From: Podarcis erhardii
Lineage: Eukaryota
Length of the DNA: 64,000 bases
Assembly: GCA_964252035.1 (NCBI GenBank)
Contig: OZ176200.1
Strand: one strand, 5' to 3'
Positions 49,775 to 63,694 of the stretch are shown here, piece after piece (position 1 is the stretch's first letter; each line of letters opens with the position of its first letter). The position numbers and the translations under genes were made by a program. The notes under the pieces were generated by a model. It did no database searches, was not told the origin of the DNA, and worked only from the letters and a program-made list of their open reading frames with translations.

Positions 49775-49984
49775 CAGTGGTACCTCAGGTTACAGACACT
49801 TCAGGTTACAGACTCTGCTAACCCAGAAGTAGTACCTCGGGTTAAGAACTTTGCTTCGGGATGAGAACAGAAATTGCGCCGTGGCGGTGCGGCGGCCGCA
49901 GGAGACCCCCATTAGCTAAAGTGGCACTTCAGGTTAAGAATGGACCTCCGGAATGAATTAAGTTCTTAACCCAAGGTACAACCG
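49775..49984 (+). mobile_element. Tc1/mariner (Tigger-like) MITE
   Basis: CAGTGGTACCTC 5' TIR, degenerate 3' TIR, TA TSD, internal match to the 8471 copy. Confidence 0.82.
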
Positions 49985-51147
49985 TATTAGGGAAGGCCCG
50001 ACACAAGTTTTCCTTATACAGTGAATATTCTTTCCAAACCCATAAAGCACTGCAAACAAGGCATAATGCACTAAGGTGTCTTCAGAGCAGATGACTCAGG
50101 CAAGTGAATGCACTGCAACTCAGAAGGCCATCATTCTGGGGTCGCTAGTTGATCTTGTTGGCTCAGGGGCAGAATAGAAGCACTATTCATGCAAGACACC
50201 ATTCTCTCAACCTCAACCACCCACCTGTGACGTTAGGAAAACGACACTGGCCAATAGCACAAGGTTGTTGTAAGCACTGCTGAGGTTAAGGGGTTCCACA
50301 GAGGATGCTCTGAGGGCAGTCCAAATCCAATTGCTGGATTTATCTTTTAAACCAGGACTGAGGAAACTGTGGCATTTCAGTTCGTACTGGACTCTTATCC
50401 ACCCCAGTTAACATGGCCACTGTTCAGAATTCTGCCCACTCTCTGGGCCACTCTTCCATGTGCTGTTCATGATGTAGAATGAATGGAAAGCTTTAAACAC
50501 CTCCTGAAGACCCACCCATCTCTTTATGCAGGTGTTTTCTGGCTCATAAGATTCTTCACACTGTTCTGTTTTATTATTTATTGAAATTGAACTGAATGTT
50601 TTCTTGATGGCTTTTCTGGATTCATTGATTGATTGAATTTATATACCGCCTTATACCTGGGGGTCTCAGGGCTGTTCACAGAATAAAATCAAGATATAAA
50701 ACCACAAAATACATAATAAAAATAAAAATAACAAAACACATTTTAAAAGGGCATAGGATGTTTTTACCAATGCATTTCTTTGTACTTTGAGTTTTAAGTG
50801 TTGTATCCATTTTTCTTTTCTGCTTAATTGTCTTACTTTGTTGTATGTTAACCGCTTTGGGATTTTGCATATTAAGTGGTATATAAATTAATAATAATTT
50901 AAAAAAACCTATATCAACTCACTGTATATATCTCCTTGTATTCAGCTCTGGAAGAATGTGAGAGGCAAGGGAATGAAAGGGTTTTTTGTGTGTATGTTCT
51001 TGTCTGGGGATAGAAGGGTGGGGAGAGGGGAGCTTTCAGCAAGAATCAGAACTGAGAAGCGCTGTATGTTTTCTATGTGCTTTCCCTTCCCTCGACCGCT
51101 TCTCTGTGAAGTGTACTCTAGAGAAGTTTGTGTTTGATTGCTGATAG

Positions 51148-51168
51148 CCTCACGCTCTGCACGTAGCA
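51148..51168 (-). promoter_or_regulatory. Candidate tandem hypoxia-response element in EGLN3 intron 1
   Basis: Minus strand reads TGCTACGTGCAGAGCGTGAGG, two RCGTG cores 4 nt apart, in CpG-poor non-repeat sequence. An intron-1 HRE is known in mammalian EGLN3; orthology not checked. Confidence 0.5.
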
Positions 51169-52257
51169 CTGTCATTAAGCCATCATCTAGCTGGCAAGGA
51201 GCCAGATCACACACACAGCAGTTTGAGGAAGTCTCCCTGAACCGAAAGAGCTTCCACTGAAACATGTGTGTGTATATAGACATACATATATATTATATAT
51301 CTATATACACTGATGCACCCGGACTGTTTGCTCTTGCTAATTGGAGGCTGGCTCCTGACTCCCTTCCCTCTCGCACCCTGCGCAGGAAAATAATTAGTTT
51401 TCAACAGCCTCTTGCATTGTCGGCTTGTGATGGCATGGCTGCTTTCTGTGTCCAGTTGATCAGTTCTTAAATGGGCACTTCGGGGGGGGGGCAGAAAATG
51501 GGAACAACTGCTGCATGCGATTTAAAAAGGGAAAACAAGAAGTTTGAATGTTCAGGAACCTAGGAAGGAGCCTAATGAGAGGACAGGAGGAGTTAGGAGG
51601 CTTGCAGATAAATATCCATCACAATATAAGTTGAAGGGTGGAGGGGCAGGAAGGGGCTAAAGAGTAAGACAACACCCTTCTCACAAAAGAAAGATTAATT
51701 GTTTTGATAATTAGAGCAGACTGTGAGCAAAAATCACAATTCTGTGGCCTGAGCATTTCTCTCAGCCTTTATCTCCCCCCCCCCCAAAAAAAAGCCTTCA
51801 GACTTTTGCTCTGTGATGAAAATGCAAAGTGAGAATACACAGCCACGTTGAGGGGGCAAACTTTTAATTTTTTTATCCATTTATTTTATCCATTTCTAAC
51901 CCCTGAAATTACATCCCACCCACCCCCAAGCTCGGGACAGGATCCTGCCACCAAGTTAAGAGATGGAGAAGATCTCTGCCCCCCTATCCCACCCCTGCCC
52001 TTAAATTCACCTGGAAATGAACCAACGTTTCTCAAGAAAGCCAGTGAGAAAACAGGTCATTTCTCCAGTCAATCCTGAGGCCTAAAAAATGGGGGGGGGC
52101 ATTCTTTCAGTTTAAACAAAAGCAACAGGGGAAAGTGGAGAAAGTACTTTGGGTTGTTTTTGGGCAGGACAGGGTCTTTCTCAGACACAGATGAGCTTAC
52201 ATTGTTCCATTAACTTTTGTGGTGTTCCATCAGCCTCGAAATGTGTCTTCTGAGGAA

Positions 52258-52556
52258 CGGACGCTCTAGGAAAGTGGTGGACTCTCCTTCATTGGAGGTT
52301 TTATAACACAGGTTGGATGGCCCTTTTGTCATGGATACATGAGATTCCTGCATTGCAGGGGGTTGGACTAGATCAAGCATCCCCAACCTGCGGCCCTCCA
52401 GATGTTTTGGCCTACAACTCCTATGATCCCTAGCTAACAGGACCAGTGGTCAGGGATGATGGGAACTGTAGTCCAAAACATCTGGAGGGCCGAAGGTTGG
52501 GGATGCCTGGACTAGTTGACCCTCTGGGTTCCTTCCAACTATACAATTCTATGATT
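52258..52556 (+). mobile_element. CR1 3' fragment interrupted by a hAT MITE
   Basis: The CR1 terminus is split at gactagat by the element at 52374-52509. Confidence 0.8.
52374..52509. mobile_element. hAT MITE (136 bp) inserted in a CR1 tail
   Basis: TIR CAAGCATCCCCAACCT / AGGTTGGGGATGCCTG; 8-bp TSD GACTAGAT/GACTAGTT. Confidence 0.88.
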
Positions 52557-54215
52557 GTTTAAGCCTTCATCTAGGGGTTGGTGGAAAGTATATAATGTTT
52601 CAGCCCTTCTCCACTCACATTATGCTGCCTGAGCTGTCACTTTTTAACATAAGGATTTTTGGGGGTGCGTTATTCTAATCATTTATTCATATACATTTAT
52701 ATATTTAAATATATAGCCTACCTCTTGGTTTTGGATCAGAAAATAGTTATAGTTTCCCATTAAAGTCCCATTGCAAATTCAACAGGAAGTTGTTTTTTTA
52801 AAACCCAGTGTAATAGGTGCAAAACCCTACCCCTTAATGACATAAATCCAAAGCCATTTGGAATAGTGTCTTGCAACATTTTTCTAGCTGTGCTGATACA
52901 GTTGATTGATAACTCCTAGTAAAAACAGGAAATGTGTGCTTCCCTCTTAAAATCTCAGGGTAGGATGCGTGCCTCCTCCAATTTTATTCCTGCAACAACC
53001 CTGTGAGGTAAATTAAACTGAAGAGATAGTGATTGGACCAAAGTTACCCACTAAGCTTCATAAACTTCACAAATATATTTATGGCATAAGCTTTTGAACG
53101 CTAGAGTTTGTGTCTGTGGCTTAGTAGTTTTGAACCTGTGTCTCTCAAGGTCCTCTCTAACCACTACACCACCTTGACTCTATGAGGTTTCCAGCTGCTC
53201 ATCATTAACTGGGCTGCATGTATTATTATTATTATTATTAAGAACCTGATCTCTTGAGAGCAAACAACATGCAAACCATGTTCCAGTAAGGCTAATCCAT
53301 GCCTCTCAACAGACTCTGACGCATGTATTCCCTTCCTGATTGGCTCCTACACAGGGTTAAAAATGGTTCACGCACTTTACGATGATCCTTGCAGATTTGG
53401 ATCTCAGTGTGCAATCGCCACACCAGCTGGTTCACTTTGAATGCACCTGTCATCTGTTCGGGGGAACTGAACTTGAGGCCCTCCTCCAACGTGTAATCAG
53501 CGCAGCCAAGGTTTAGAGTGCCAAACATCTGTTCAGCTAGCAACCTATGCAGAAACATGTGAACTGGATTTATTATAAACCTATAATTGCTGGTGATTTT
53601 ATCTTGCTTTTGATTAAAAGCAACATACTGTCTGTTCCATGTTGCAAAACGGCTAGTGTTTCTGTTTTTATGTATATGTGTCTAGAACAAATAAAGCAAG
53701 GCATCCACTACCAATTAATTGCCAGTATCTTTTTTATCATTATTTTGCTTTGCTCTCTGTGTTGCAAGCATTCTTCGATGAATTTCGACCAGAATTGGAG
53801 AGAGAGGCTTGTGTAACTAAACCACCAATTGAGTTTTTATGTGGCGGTGGGGACGAAAAGAAGGGTGGAAGAGTAGTTTTGCCTGCTGTTTCCTTTCTTG
53901 TATTCTAAATCCGAGGGTTTAGAATATGAATCCAATAATATCTCTCTGGGCAGGATTGTATGAAGTATTGTTGAATGGACATGGCACTATGCCAAGATAG
54001 TTTCCTTTGTATAGCCAGTGAGCTGTATGCTGCCCTATATTGGCCCAAGATATCCAATGGTGCATATATCAATTTATTCATATTTTCACCAATCAGTACA
54101 AGCAGATGAAAACCACTGGGTAAGACAGCCTTTAATATTTGATGTATTACTGTATTTTAATATTTTGTTGGAAGTCGCCCAGAGTGGCTGGGGAAACCTA
54201 GCCATATGGGCGGGA

Positions 54216-54217
54216 TT

Positions 54218-54264
<47 letters not shown>
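54216..54264. repeat. (TTTA)n microsatellite
   Basis: Direct inspection. Confidence 0.9.
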
Positions 54265-54541
54265 TGTTTTTAACCTGTTACCAAACTACTGACAATCAAG
54301 TCCTCCAATCTACAAATCTATATTATCTAGTGAGAGAACATTTGGGGTAATGGTTTAGATGGAAATATTATGTGTTTGAAGAAGATAGAGAATACATAAC
54401 AAGTTGCCTTATGCCAGGTCAGGTTAATTGTATACTAGCTCAGTTTTATCTATGCTGACTGGCAGTGGCTCTTTAGAGGCTCAGGCAAAGGTCTTTCACA
54501 TCACCTGCCACCTCCGTCTTTTAACTGCAGATGCAAGGCAT

Positions 54542-55030
54542 ATCATAGAATCGTAGAGTTTGAAAGTGTACCAAGGGTCATCTAGTCCAATCCCCTGCAA
54601 TGCAGGAATCTCAGCTAAAGCATCCATGACATATGGCCATCCAACCTCTGCTTGAAAACCTCCAAGGAAGGAGAGTCCACTGCCTCTCCACTGTCGAACA
54701 GCTCTTACTGTCAGAAAGCTCTTCCTGATGTTTAGTCCGAATCTTCATTCTTATAACTTGAAGCCATTAGTTCAAGTCCTACACTCTGTAGCAGGAGAAA
54801 ACAAGCTTGCTCAAGCTCTTAAGATATTTGAAGATGCCTATCCTGTCTCCCCTCAGTTCCCATTTCCATCAACCGTTCCTCATATGGCTAGGTTTCCAGA
54901 CCCTTGATCATCTTGGTTGCCCTCCTCTGCACACATTCCAGCTAGTCAATATCCTTCTTAAATGGAGGCACCCTGAATTGGACACTGTATTCCAGGTGTG
55001 GTCTGACTGACGCAGAATAGAGCAGAACTA
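54542..55030 (-). mobile_element. CR1 3' fragment
   Basis: atcatagaatcgtagag...gtcatctagtccaatcccctgcaatgcagg, continuing into CR1 ORF2-end sequence. Confidence 0.82.
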
Positions 55031-57418
55031 TAGAACCTGGGAGCACCTTCATGCAGTGCATGCACTCTTCCACTGAGCTATGGTTACTCCCATTGCATCT
55101 TACTTCAAAGCTTCCTCACCAGGTTGTGGCACCACCTGCCTCCGACCCAGTGGCTTCCAGGTGAGCAGTGGTGCCCATTCCCCCACAGAGAGGTGAGGTG
55201 AGAATTTCCCCTTGTAACTATGGACACCTGCCTCTCCAGATTAGGAGACACTTGGCCTCCAGCAAGTGGTGGTAATTAAGATAATCAGGAATGACAGCCT
55301 CCGGCCTCCGATATTGTTCCAGTTGTAAAAGCAGACTGAATGAGTACGTGCCGTGAGGAACCTCCTTTTCCTGCCCACCTGGAACGCAACATGCATTCTC
55401 CCTTGTTGTCTTCAGTTGCGCTTTATGGTGGGTGTTTCAACTTTGTTGGTCTGGTAAACTAAGCAAAATGAGGACTAACAGTGTATTAAAAATATTCAGA
55501 ACAAGAAGTGTAATACAGTATGTTTTGGCCAGTTCTGCAGCTCAGCCTCAGACAGCAGACACATAGACCATGTCAGCGCAGTCTGATAGATTTGGAAAGC
55601 TCAGCAAAAGAGCCAAGAGCAACCTCAGGCTGTGGAGTTTTGCTCCCTTCAAGGCGTTTAGATATAAAGCATCCTGAAAAAAGGATACTGTATCACTTGA
55701 GCACTTTAAAAGAAAATGAGAGTATATGAGAGAACAGTATGTGATTAAGGTACCTGTAATAAGTGGCTGTGGGGAAGCATTTAGAAACGCTTCTTCGGAT
55801 AAGGGACATATGCCAAACCTGGGGGCAGATAATGAAAATGGAGATAATCTTTAGAGCATCACCATTACAGCCTGTTTCCTCACAAGAAAACATGGCCTGT
55901 TGTTATCCACACCTGGCCAACTCTCAGTCCTGTACTCTGAAACCACAAGCTGAAAGTTCTCAGCTTGAAAGTTCTCCTTGGAAAGTCCCCGTAAAATGAA
56001 AGTGAACTATGCAAGTGCTTCTGCACACCTGCCATTCATTTCAGTGGGATTTGTTCAGGAGAACTTCCTAGTGGATTGTGTCGTTTGAAAATCACTTGAA
56101 TAACTTAGGGCTGAGAACTTGACATTAACACAGAAATATATATACTAAACCCTCTAGTTTCTGTTATCCCCAGTAAAAGCAGCTTTGGAGTAATTTTTGG
56201 AGGATAGAGCTATTGGCAGTTACTAGCCTTGAGGGTTGCATTCTACCTCTACTTTGGAGGCAACCTGCCTCTGAATTGCTGGGAATTTCAAGTGGGGAGA
56301 GTACTGTTGGACATGAGTACTGCTTTTGGGCTTCCCATAGGCATCTAGTTAGCCACTGTGAGAACAGGAAGCTGGACCAGATTGGTCCTTGGCCTGGTCC
56401 AGCAGGACTCTTTATTATGTTCTAATGTGAGTAAGAAAAACTGTATGCATGATAGGCTTCTGCTTCACATTGCCCCTTCATGCCACTTTCCTCCTCTTGC
56501 TCTCCTTTAAATGCATCACAATTTTGGCGGTGATGGAAAGGTAGTTGCCGCTGTCAGTACAAGCATTTTCATGGTATGTCTAGTTTGGCCCCTAGAACCC
56601 TAGCACTGTAGCACCAGAATGGACTAGAAAGTGACCATACACCAACAACCTGTGCTCACATGGTGCTTGCTCGAATTTTGGGTGGGGTGGGTGTACATGT
56701 GCAACATTGGGGCAACCATTCCTACACTAATTCTGCAGAATTTTTAAAATGTATTTTTAAGGTCTCTGCCGGCACTTGATTGACTATTCCTCAGTTTCAC
56801 CTGCTTCTAATCTCCAGCTTAAAATTATTAACAAATCAGTTGAAATGAGAATGAGTTTCACATTCTTCATCCAGGAGCATTGCTTCTTAAGAGCATTGAT
56901 TTTACAGGAGAATGGGGTGTGTGCGAATAATCTTGTTAGCACCTACAGAAATCAGTCTGTGATCAGTGGGTGAAAAGCTTGGCATTGTTGTTTGGGTCAT
57001 GGCAAAAAAGAGTAAATAGAAAGTTTAAGAAAAAAGCGGAAACATTATTTGGGGGGGTTGTTTATTCATTTTTTAATTTAAAAAATCTGCACTTAATTCT
57101 ATTGGTATCTGCAAATATTTTATCCATTTCTCTTCTACATTATCCCCTTATTGCCATTTTATCTCGTTCATATTGGTTTTCTCATCTCAGTTTTCTCATC
57201 CTTTTCATTTCAGTTTGTGTTACGCGCTTTGCTTGCTTCTGTGTCAATTATCATTGATTCCCAGGGTGGGGTATATGTTCCTCTCAACAGTTTTATGGTG
57301 AGCCCTCTATTGATGTTTGCTGTTTATGCATTTTAAGTATTTTCTTCAAAAAAAACAATAAAACATCCATGAAGAAAAATCTAACCAATGTTCATTCTCT
57401 TTGCATTTCATCGCTTAG

Positions 57419-57550
<132 letters not shown>

Positions 57551-60307
57551 TGATATTTTGAGAGGCACTCAAAGTTTGCCTTCTGCATTGTACTGCTTTC
57601 TTACTCTTTAACACTGTATTGAACTGTGTAGAATGTCTTCAGCCAGGAGTAGCAGGTGAGATGGACAGTGCTGTGGACAGCATTTTTGTTGCCAGGTGGA
57701 TTCTGTGGTGTAACTTAAGTGCTCTGACATCGCTGACGCACTGCTCCACCCCACCCCAGAATGTGGCAGTGCCACCATTGCCATGAGGTGATGCCAGCTG
57801 TGATGCTTCCCCTGCCATCCGCTCCTGGCTTAAGCCAGACTTCCCCAATTTAGCACATCGAGATGTTTCAGATGACAACTTCTCTCAGCCTCATCTGGCA
57901 CACCTAATGGGAGTTGTAGTCATAAACACCAGGAGGGCTCTAGGTTGGGAAGCAACTGAACCATAACACCATTTTGTTACTGGATACATAACCACTGTTT
58001 ACAGTGAGCACAGGGAAAACGTGAAGCTAAAATTCATTTCCTTGTTGCATTATTTTTATTTCCATTTGACACACAATTTTTGGAAGGCAAGTAGTTATTT
58101 GGAGGTTCTGGGCTGAGGGTTTATAGAGATGGATAATGAAGGTTTTAGCCTGATGAAAACAAAACAACACCACAAAGAAACAAATGTGCTTTTGGCAGCT
58201 GAAGCAGATTACATAAAGAATCACAGGATAGTTTGTAGTCCTCTCATCCTTTGAACTATCCCTCCCTCCCATGAAACAACCTTTAAAGAATGCTAAAGGA
58301 ACAATTGTGCTTATGAGGGATTTTTTTTTTGTCTTGCGCTATGCAGAAGGAGGTTGTGCAAACTTGTATTTTTTCATTATCGGGTAAACCTCGCCCTCCC
58401 GTGCCTTAGCCTAAACCTCATAAATAGCAGTGTATTTGCTAACATACCTGTTCAGGGCTTGGAAGCAGTTTGCCATGATGTACCTGAAGAGAAATGAGTT
58501 GGCATTGTGCCCTTAGGATCTGTCAAAAACATCAATTTTCAAAGCCCTGAATCTGGGAAAAAAATGTCTTCTACAGTCAATAGCAGTGCCCAGCCCTCGT
58601 GACTGACAAGGAAATATTGACAGAATGGCCCAGCTTGCACATCGTGGTAAAACATTGCTGACTTCTATTCTCTTGTCCTGGGAAGAAGCAAAGCACAATC
58701 CCTGGCTTAGTTTTGCAGCTGAACTGGGGATTGTGGTTTGTTTGCTGCAAAACTCCAGCTCAGTAATCCAAGAACAAACTCAGCTACTGATTGTGGTTTC
58801 TTGGGAACAAAACAAGCCATGATCCCTGATTCGGACATAACACATAGCCAGGCATTCGTGGCTTCAAGGAGTGAAATAGATCATAAAGGTGTGATCGTGG
58901 TAAACCATTGATGTGCAAACCAAGCCAGTAAGATCCCAAACCCTCTGAGCAGGGAATAGAAGAACCCGGACTACATTTTCTTAGAACTCTTTTCTGCTTA
59001 GAGTTTTGTTTAAATATAAGTAGTATATAAATTGCCCGAGCGAGTGAAATGAGTTGCTACCTCCTGGGGGACTCATTATAACTTGCAAGCTGCCATATTA
59101 TTAGGACCAATTCCCTAAAATGTTTTTTTTTTAAGTATACACAAAAGCGTCTACAAGTGGCAAACACAAGTATCGCATATGTAGCTTATCAGGAGCTATA
59201 ATTGGCTGCAATCCCCTATTGAAATGTGTCAACCTGGACTTATTCTGGGAGCTCAGAGGCGACTGGAAAATGCTTCCAAACTCCACTATGGTTTTAAAAG
59301 GCCTTAAGGCAGCACAGGTTGGCTGGCAGATTGTGGGACCAGAGACGGCTTTGATGTCTGCGTGGTTAGACTCTTCATCCAAGTGTTGGCATTTCCCAGG
59401 AGGAAAATGTACCTGCCGTTTCCATTGATGCTTCCCACACTCCTTGTGAAATAAAACTCTCAACCAAAGTGACAGTCCTGTGGGTGTGCCCCATGGCTTA
59501 CAGTTGGGCTGCTGTGTAAGTGCCAGTAACAAGCCTGAGAGCAATAAATAAACAGAGGGGAGTGGGGTAAATAAAGTCCCCAGGTTTGGCGTACCAGAGA
59601 CAAACCAGTGAGGAAACTCTTGCCCCATCTGTGCTATGCATTTAAAGCCGTGTCACATCACTTCGAACAGCCATGGCTCCCCCCGGAGAAAACTGGGAAC
59701 TGTACTTTGTTAAGGTGCTGAGAGTTGTTAGGAGATGTTGCTTCGCCTCAGAGAGCTACAGTTATCAGAGTGGTTTTGCAACCAATCTCTCTTCTCAGGG
59801 AACTCTGTGAATTGTTGCTCTGTGAGGGTCATAGGAGCCTCCTTGGCACTTTTAACAAACTAGATTTTACTTTTACAACAGTGTCCCACGCGGAAGTTTA
59901 TGGGGATGGGCGGAATCCGAAGAGAAACAACCGTATATGCAAGTGTACACTTTGAAATATTCTCAAGAATCACACCTCGCTTGCAAGCTCCAGCGAACCC
60001 GCCAGGAAGCAGCAACCTTTTTTAAGAAAAGAAAAGAAAACCAAACAACACCACAAATGATAAGACAAGCATTCTACAAAAAGAAAGAATAAATAAAGCT
60101 GTTTCTTTTCTATCATGTGCCTAAACAGAGGTATACAGTACTTCTGTATTTATCCTGTTGACAGTCAGTCATCATTCCTAAGCCCATTAACAGTGCTTCT
60201 CCTCCCAGTAATATTTTTCCTTTTACTTTGCATTGAATCTCCCCCTCTGTTTCTCAAACACTTATGATTCACAACCATACCTTAAATTTTCTTAAGTTTA
60301 AAAATGA

Positions 60308-60472
<165 letters not shown>

Positions 60473-62766
60473 TAAAGAAGATGTGAGTTAAAAAACAAAA
60501 ACAAAACCATTAGATGATACCCAGTTGTGGCATCTGTGAGTGGAATGGACTTCAATTCTGGCACTCAGGCTACCCCTGCCTCTCCCTGTTTCATGTGTGC
60601 TCCCCAAATCTGCCCTGGAGGATTGAGGACCCTCCAGAGCAGATTTGGACACAATGTGGAAGAGGAGGAATAGGAAGAGAACATTTGCTCATGTGACAGT
60701 GGATTTCATCCATGGATATTTTGCATTTTTATGTCCTTGCTCCCAAGATAGACAGCAGTTGATTGGTTTTAGTTGTTGGATGGGTGCTCTGTTGATGGTG
60801 AATGGGTGATGGGTGATGGGTGCTCTGTTGATGGTGAATAAAATCAACTGCGTTGATTTTATGACTGAATTGTGGTTCAGTGGGCTTTATTGGTTTTGTT
60901 TATTTTGAATATTGTTTTAATTGTGTATTCTTTTGCACATCACCTAGAGAAATGTTGTTATTCAAGTAATAAATAGTAAATGGGTTCATCTGAGTCATTA
61001 GAGGAAGCCCTGATAAGGACTTCCTCTTGCACAACAGGGCTTCCCCCCTTCTCTCCCCCCCTCCACCTGCAGATGGGCTCAGGCGAGGAGGAGAAGAGGA
61101 ATCATTCCATCTGGCAAGCCAAAATGCTTGCCCTAACACAACAATGCCTTAGTGCAACACTGAGATGTTAGAAGACATCTGAAGGCAGCCCTGTTTAGGG
61201 AAGCTTTTAATGTTTAATAGACTATTGTATTTTAATATTCTGTTGAAAGTTGCCCAGGCTTAGCCATTAAAGCTGAATTTTGCTGAAGAAATTAGCAGGG
61301 ACAAAAATCTGTATCGTTTGTTTGCTTGTTTATTACTAAGAGCATTTGTATGTCACTCTACAATTCCAATTCTCTGGGTGGCATACAGTAAATAAGTGTA
61401 TAAACAACTTAAATACAACATAAAACATAAGACCATCAAATCAAAAGCAACATAAATTTTAAAAAAGAACAAAATTCACCAGAATCCCAAAATCAAAATA
61501 GATTAAAATGGGATTATACTATGAATTATTTAAAAACCATCAAGAAACTGCCTATGAACCATCATAAACACAGTTTTGATTCATTATCTTTATTTTTCAC
61601 CATAGCTTCTTCTAATGCCATATTTTATGATTGTGAGGAAATGACTTAATGATTTTTCACATTTAGAGTAAATAAAAGCCCTGAATGACGGTGATTTGCA
61701 TATGCACGGTTTTGTTTAAAGCACTATGCAAATTAATGTTGACCTCTTGGCTCAACATATGATTCCTATTGTGCTTCTGGATGCTGAACATGTTGTCCAA
61801 CCCTGTTCAAAAAAGAACCTCCAGCTGGCAGATTTTTCTAACCCACCTAGCAAGCACTTCTTTCAAAACAGCCCCATAAAGGTTGAGGTATATAGCAAAT
61901 GCTTTGTTGACAGTGGCTTTCCATGTAAATCCTGGCTTGGAGGATTGAGACCTAAGTTTAATGAGCCAAAATAAGCACAAACTTAAGGCACCTGCATACA
62001 CCTGTTTTGTTCCCCACTTTGCGCAAGCAAGCAAGCAAACCAACCAACCAACCAACCAACCAAGAGCCACAATTTGCTGTAGTTTCTGGTTCTGCCCAAA
62101 CCAGGAAACTCTGGTTAATAGTTTTCATACAAGCCAGGATTTGGAAGCCAACTTTAGACCATATGACTTCATATTCTAGCTTGTTTGGAAGCTATCAACC
62201 ATAGTTTCCTGATTCTGACGTAAAAGGAAACTATGGCTAGCTGTGGTCCCTGGCTCATTTCATCACTTGTGCAAAAGGAGGGGTGAAGTGGCTGCAGTTA
62301 GTTGTCTGAAGCTCCTGTTGACTTGAACCTTTGCCTGCCACCATCCCTTTGCCACTGTTTATGCTGCTGCTGCCATGATTGCTCTCATTGATCTGGGCAT
62401 GTGTAAAATATTTTTGCTCATGTGGTTCTTTCTGATGGCATTTTTATGTTAGTGACACCTGATGATCTTTGCTTTAGACAGTGTACTAGGTAGCTATAGT
62501 CCATTATTTTCATATTTCATAATATTGCCATAAAGAACTTCGAGACAACTTAGGTTACCTGTTGTATGCTGTGTTACTCTCTAGATGTGTCTATAACCAG
62601 ATGGAGATGAAGGCATAAAAAACAGCTGTATTTGTCTGCCTATTTATATCTGTGTGCCTTGCATGCAAATGAACAGAGTTGTGATGTGCATGCCTAGACT
62701 GTCACCTACTGACCAATTTGGCTGCTTATTAATATATTTCTAACACTGACGTGAATCACTGTTTCT

Positions 62767-62767
<1 letters not shown>

Positions 62768-62810
<43 letters not shown>

Positions 62811-62811
62811 T
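62768..62811. repeat. (TAT)n microsatellite upstream of the exon 4 acceptor
   Basis: Direct inspection. Confidence 0.95.
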
Positions 62812-62888
62812 ATATGAGAGAAAAGTGCAGTTTTCTCTTCTCTCAGGGTAGCATTTAGAGACTTACATCGATTTCCTCTCCTTTACAG

Positions 62889-62962
62889 GTATGCCATGAC
62901 TGTGTGGTATTTTGATGCTGAAGAAAGAGCAGAAGCCAAAAAGAAATTCAGGAATTTAGTTG
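62889..62962 (+). CDS. EGLN3: EGLN3 exon 4; the final coding exon is not seen in the window
   Basis: ctttacag|G TAT GCC...GTT G|gtatgt; 74 bp, (R)YAMTVWYFDAEERAEAKKKFRNLV. Confidence 0.96.
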
Positions 62963-63694
62963 GTATGTTCATTTATTTACGACATCATCAAATCTGCCAC
63001 CCATCATATTGTGATATTACAAGCTCCCTAGAATTAATTACATGGAACTCACCTTAGGCCTGATCCAGGAATTCAATTCATATGTGAAAATAGGTTTCTG
63101 CCAGAAGATGTACTGTATAGTATGCAGCAGCCTGTCTGCATCCCACAATTTGGGCAATGCAGTCAGAGTATTTATCCCCCATGCAGAAGCGCCTCTGAAA
63201 CTGTTGCATCTTCAGAATGAGCAGTTTGCTCACAATCTTCGACCGTGCCTGCCTTTCCCTTGATTGACCACTGGACTTTAAATCAGATAATATAAGTTGT
63301 TTATAAGTGAGCTTCAAAAGATGCAATGGCCCAGTTCACACGTCACACCAGTCCATAGTTAGAACAAACTATGGTTTAGTGTGAGCAAGCAGCATCTGGC
63401 TCATGCCTTATTCCTGCTGCCACAGCTAGACCACACAGAGTTTGGCTTCTCATGTTGCCTGAACTGGGGGTTGTTGGTTTGTTTCCTCCAAACAAACCAT
63501 GAGTGGAAAGCCAAGAAACCTTGGTTACCACTTGTGGTTTGTTTGGATGAAACAACCCACGAGTCAAGTTCAGATGACACCAACCAAACTCTGGTTTGTT
63601 TCCTCTCTAGCAAGGCAGAAGCAGGAGTATGGGAAGGAATGACTCTGGTATGTTTGAGCAAGGTGCACCAGGATGCCACTCCTTCACTTTAAAC

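Noticed and set aside
60781-60839. 23-bp direct repeat TGGGTGCTCTGTTGATGGTGAAT, twice
   Set aside because: Looks like a simple slippage duplication in intron 3. Two units with no regular spacers is not a CRISPR-like array.
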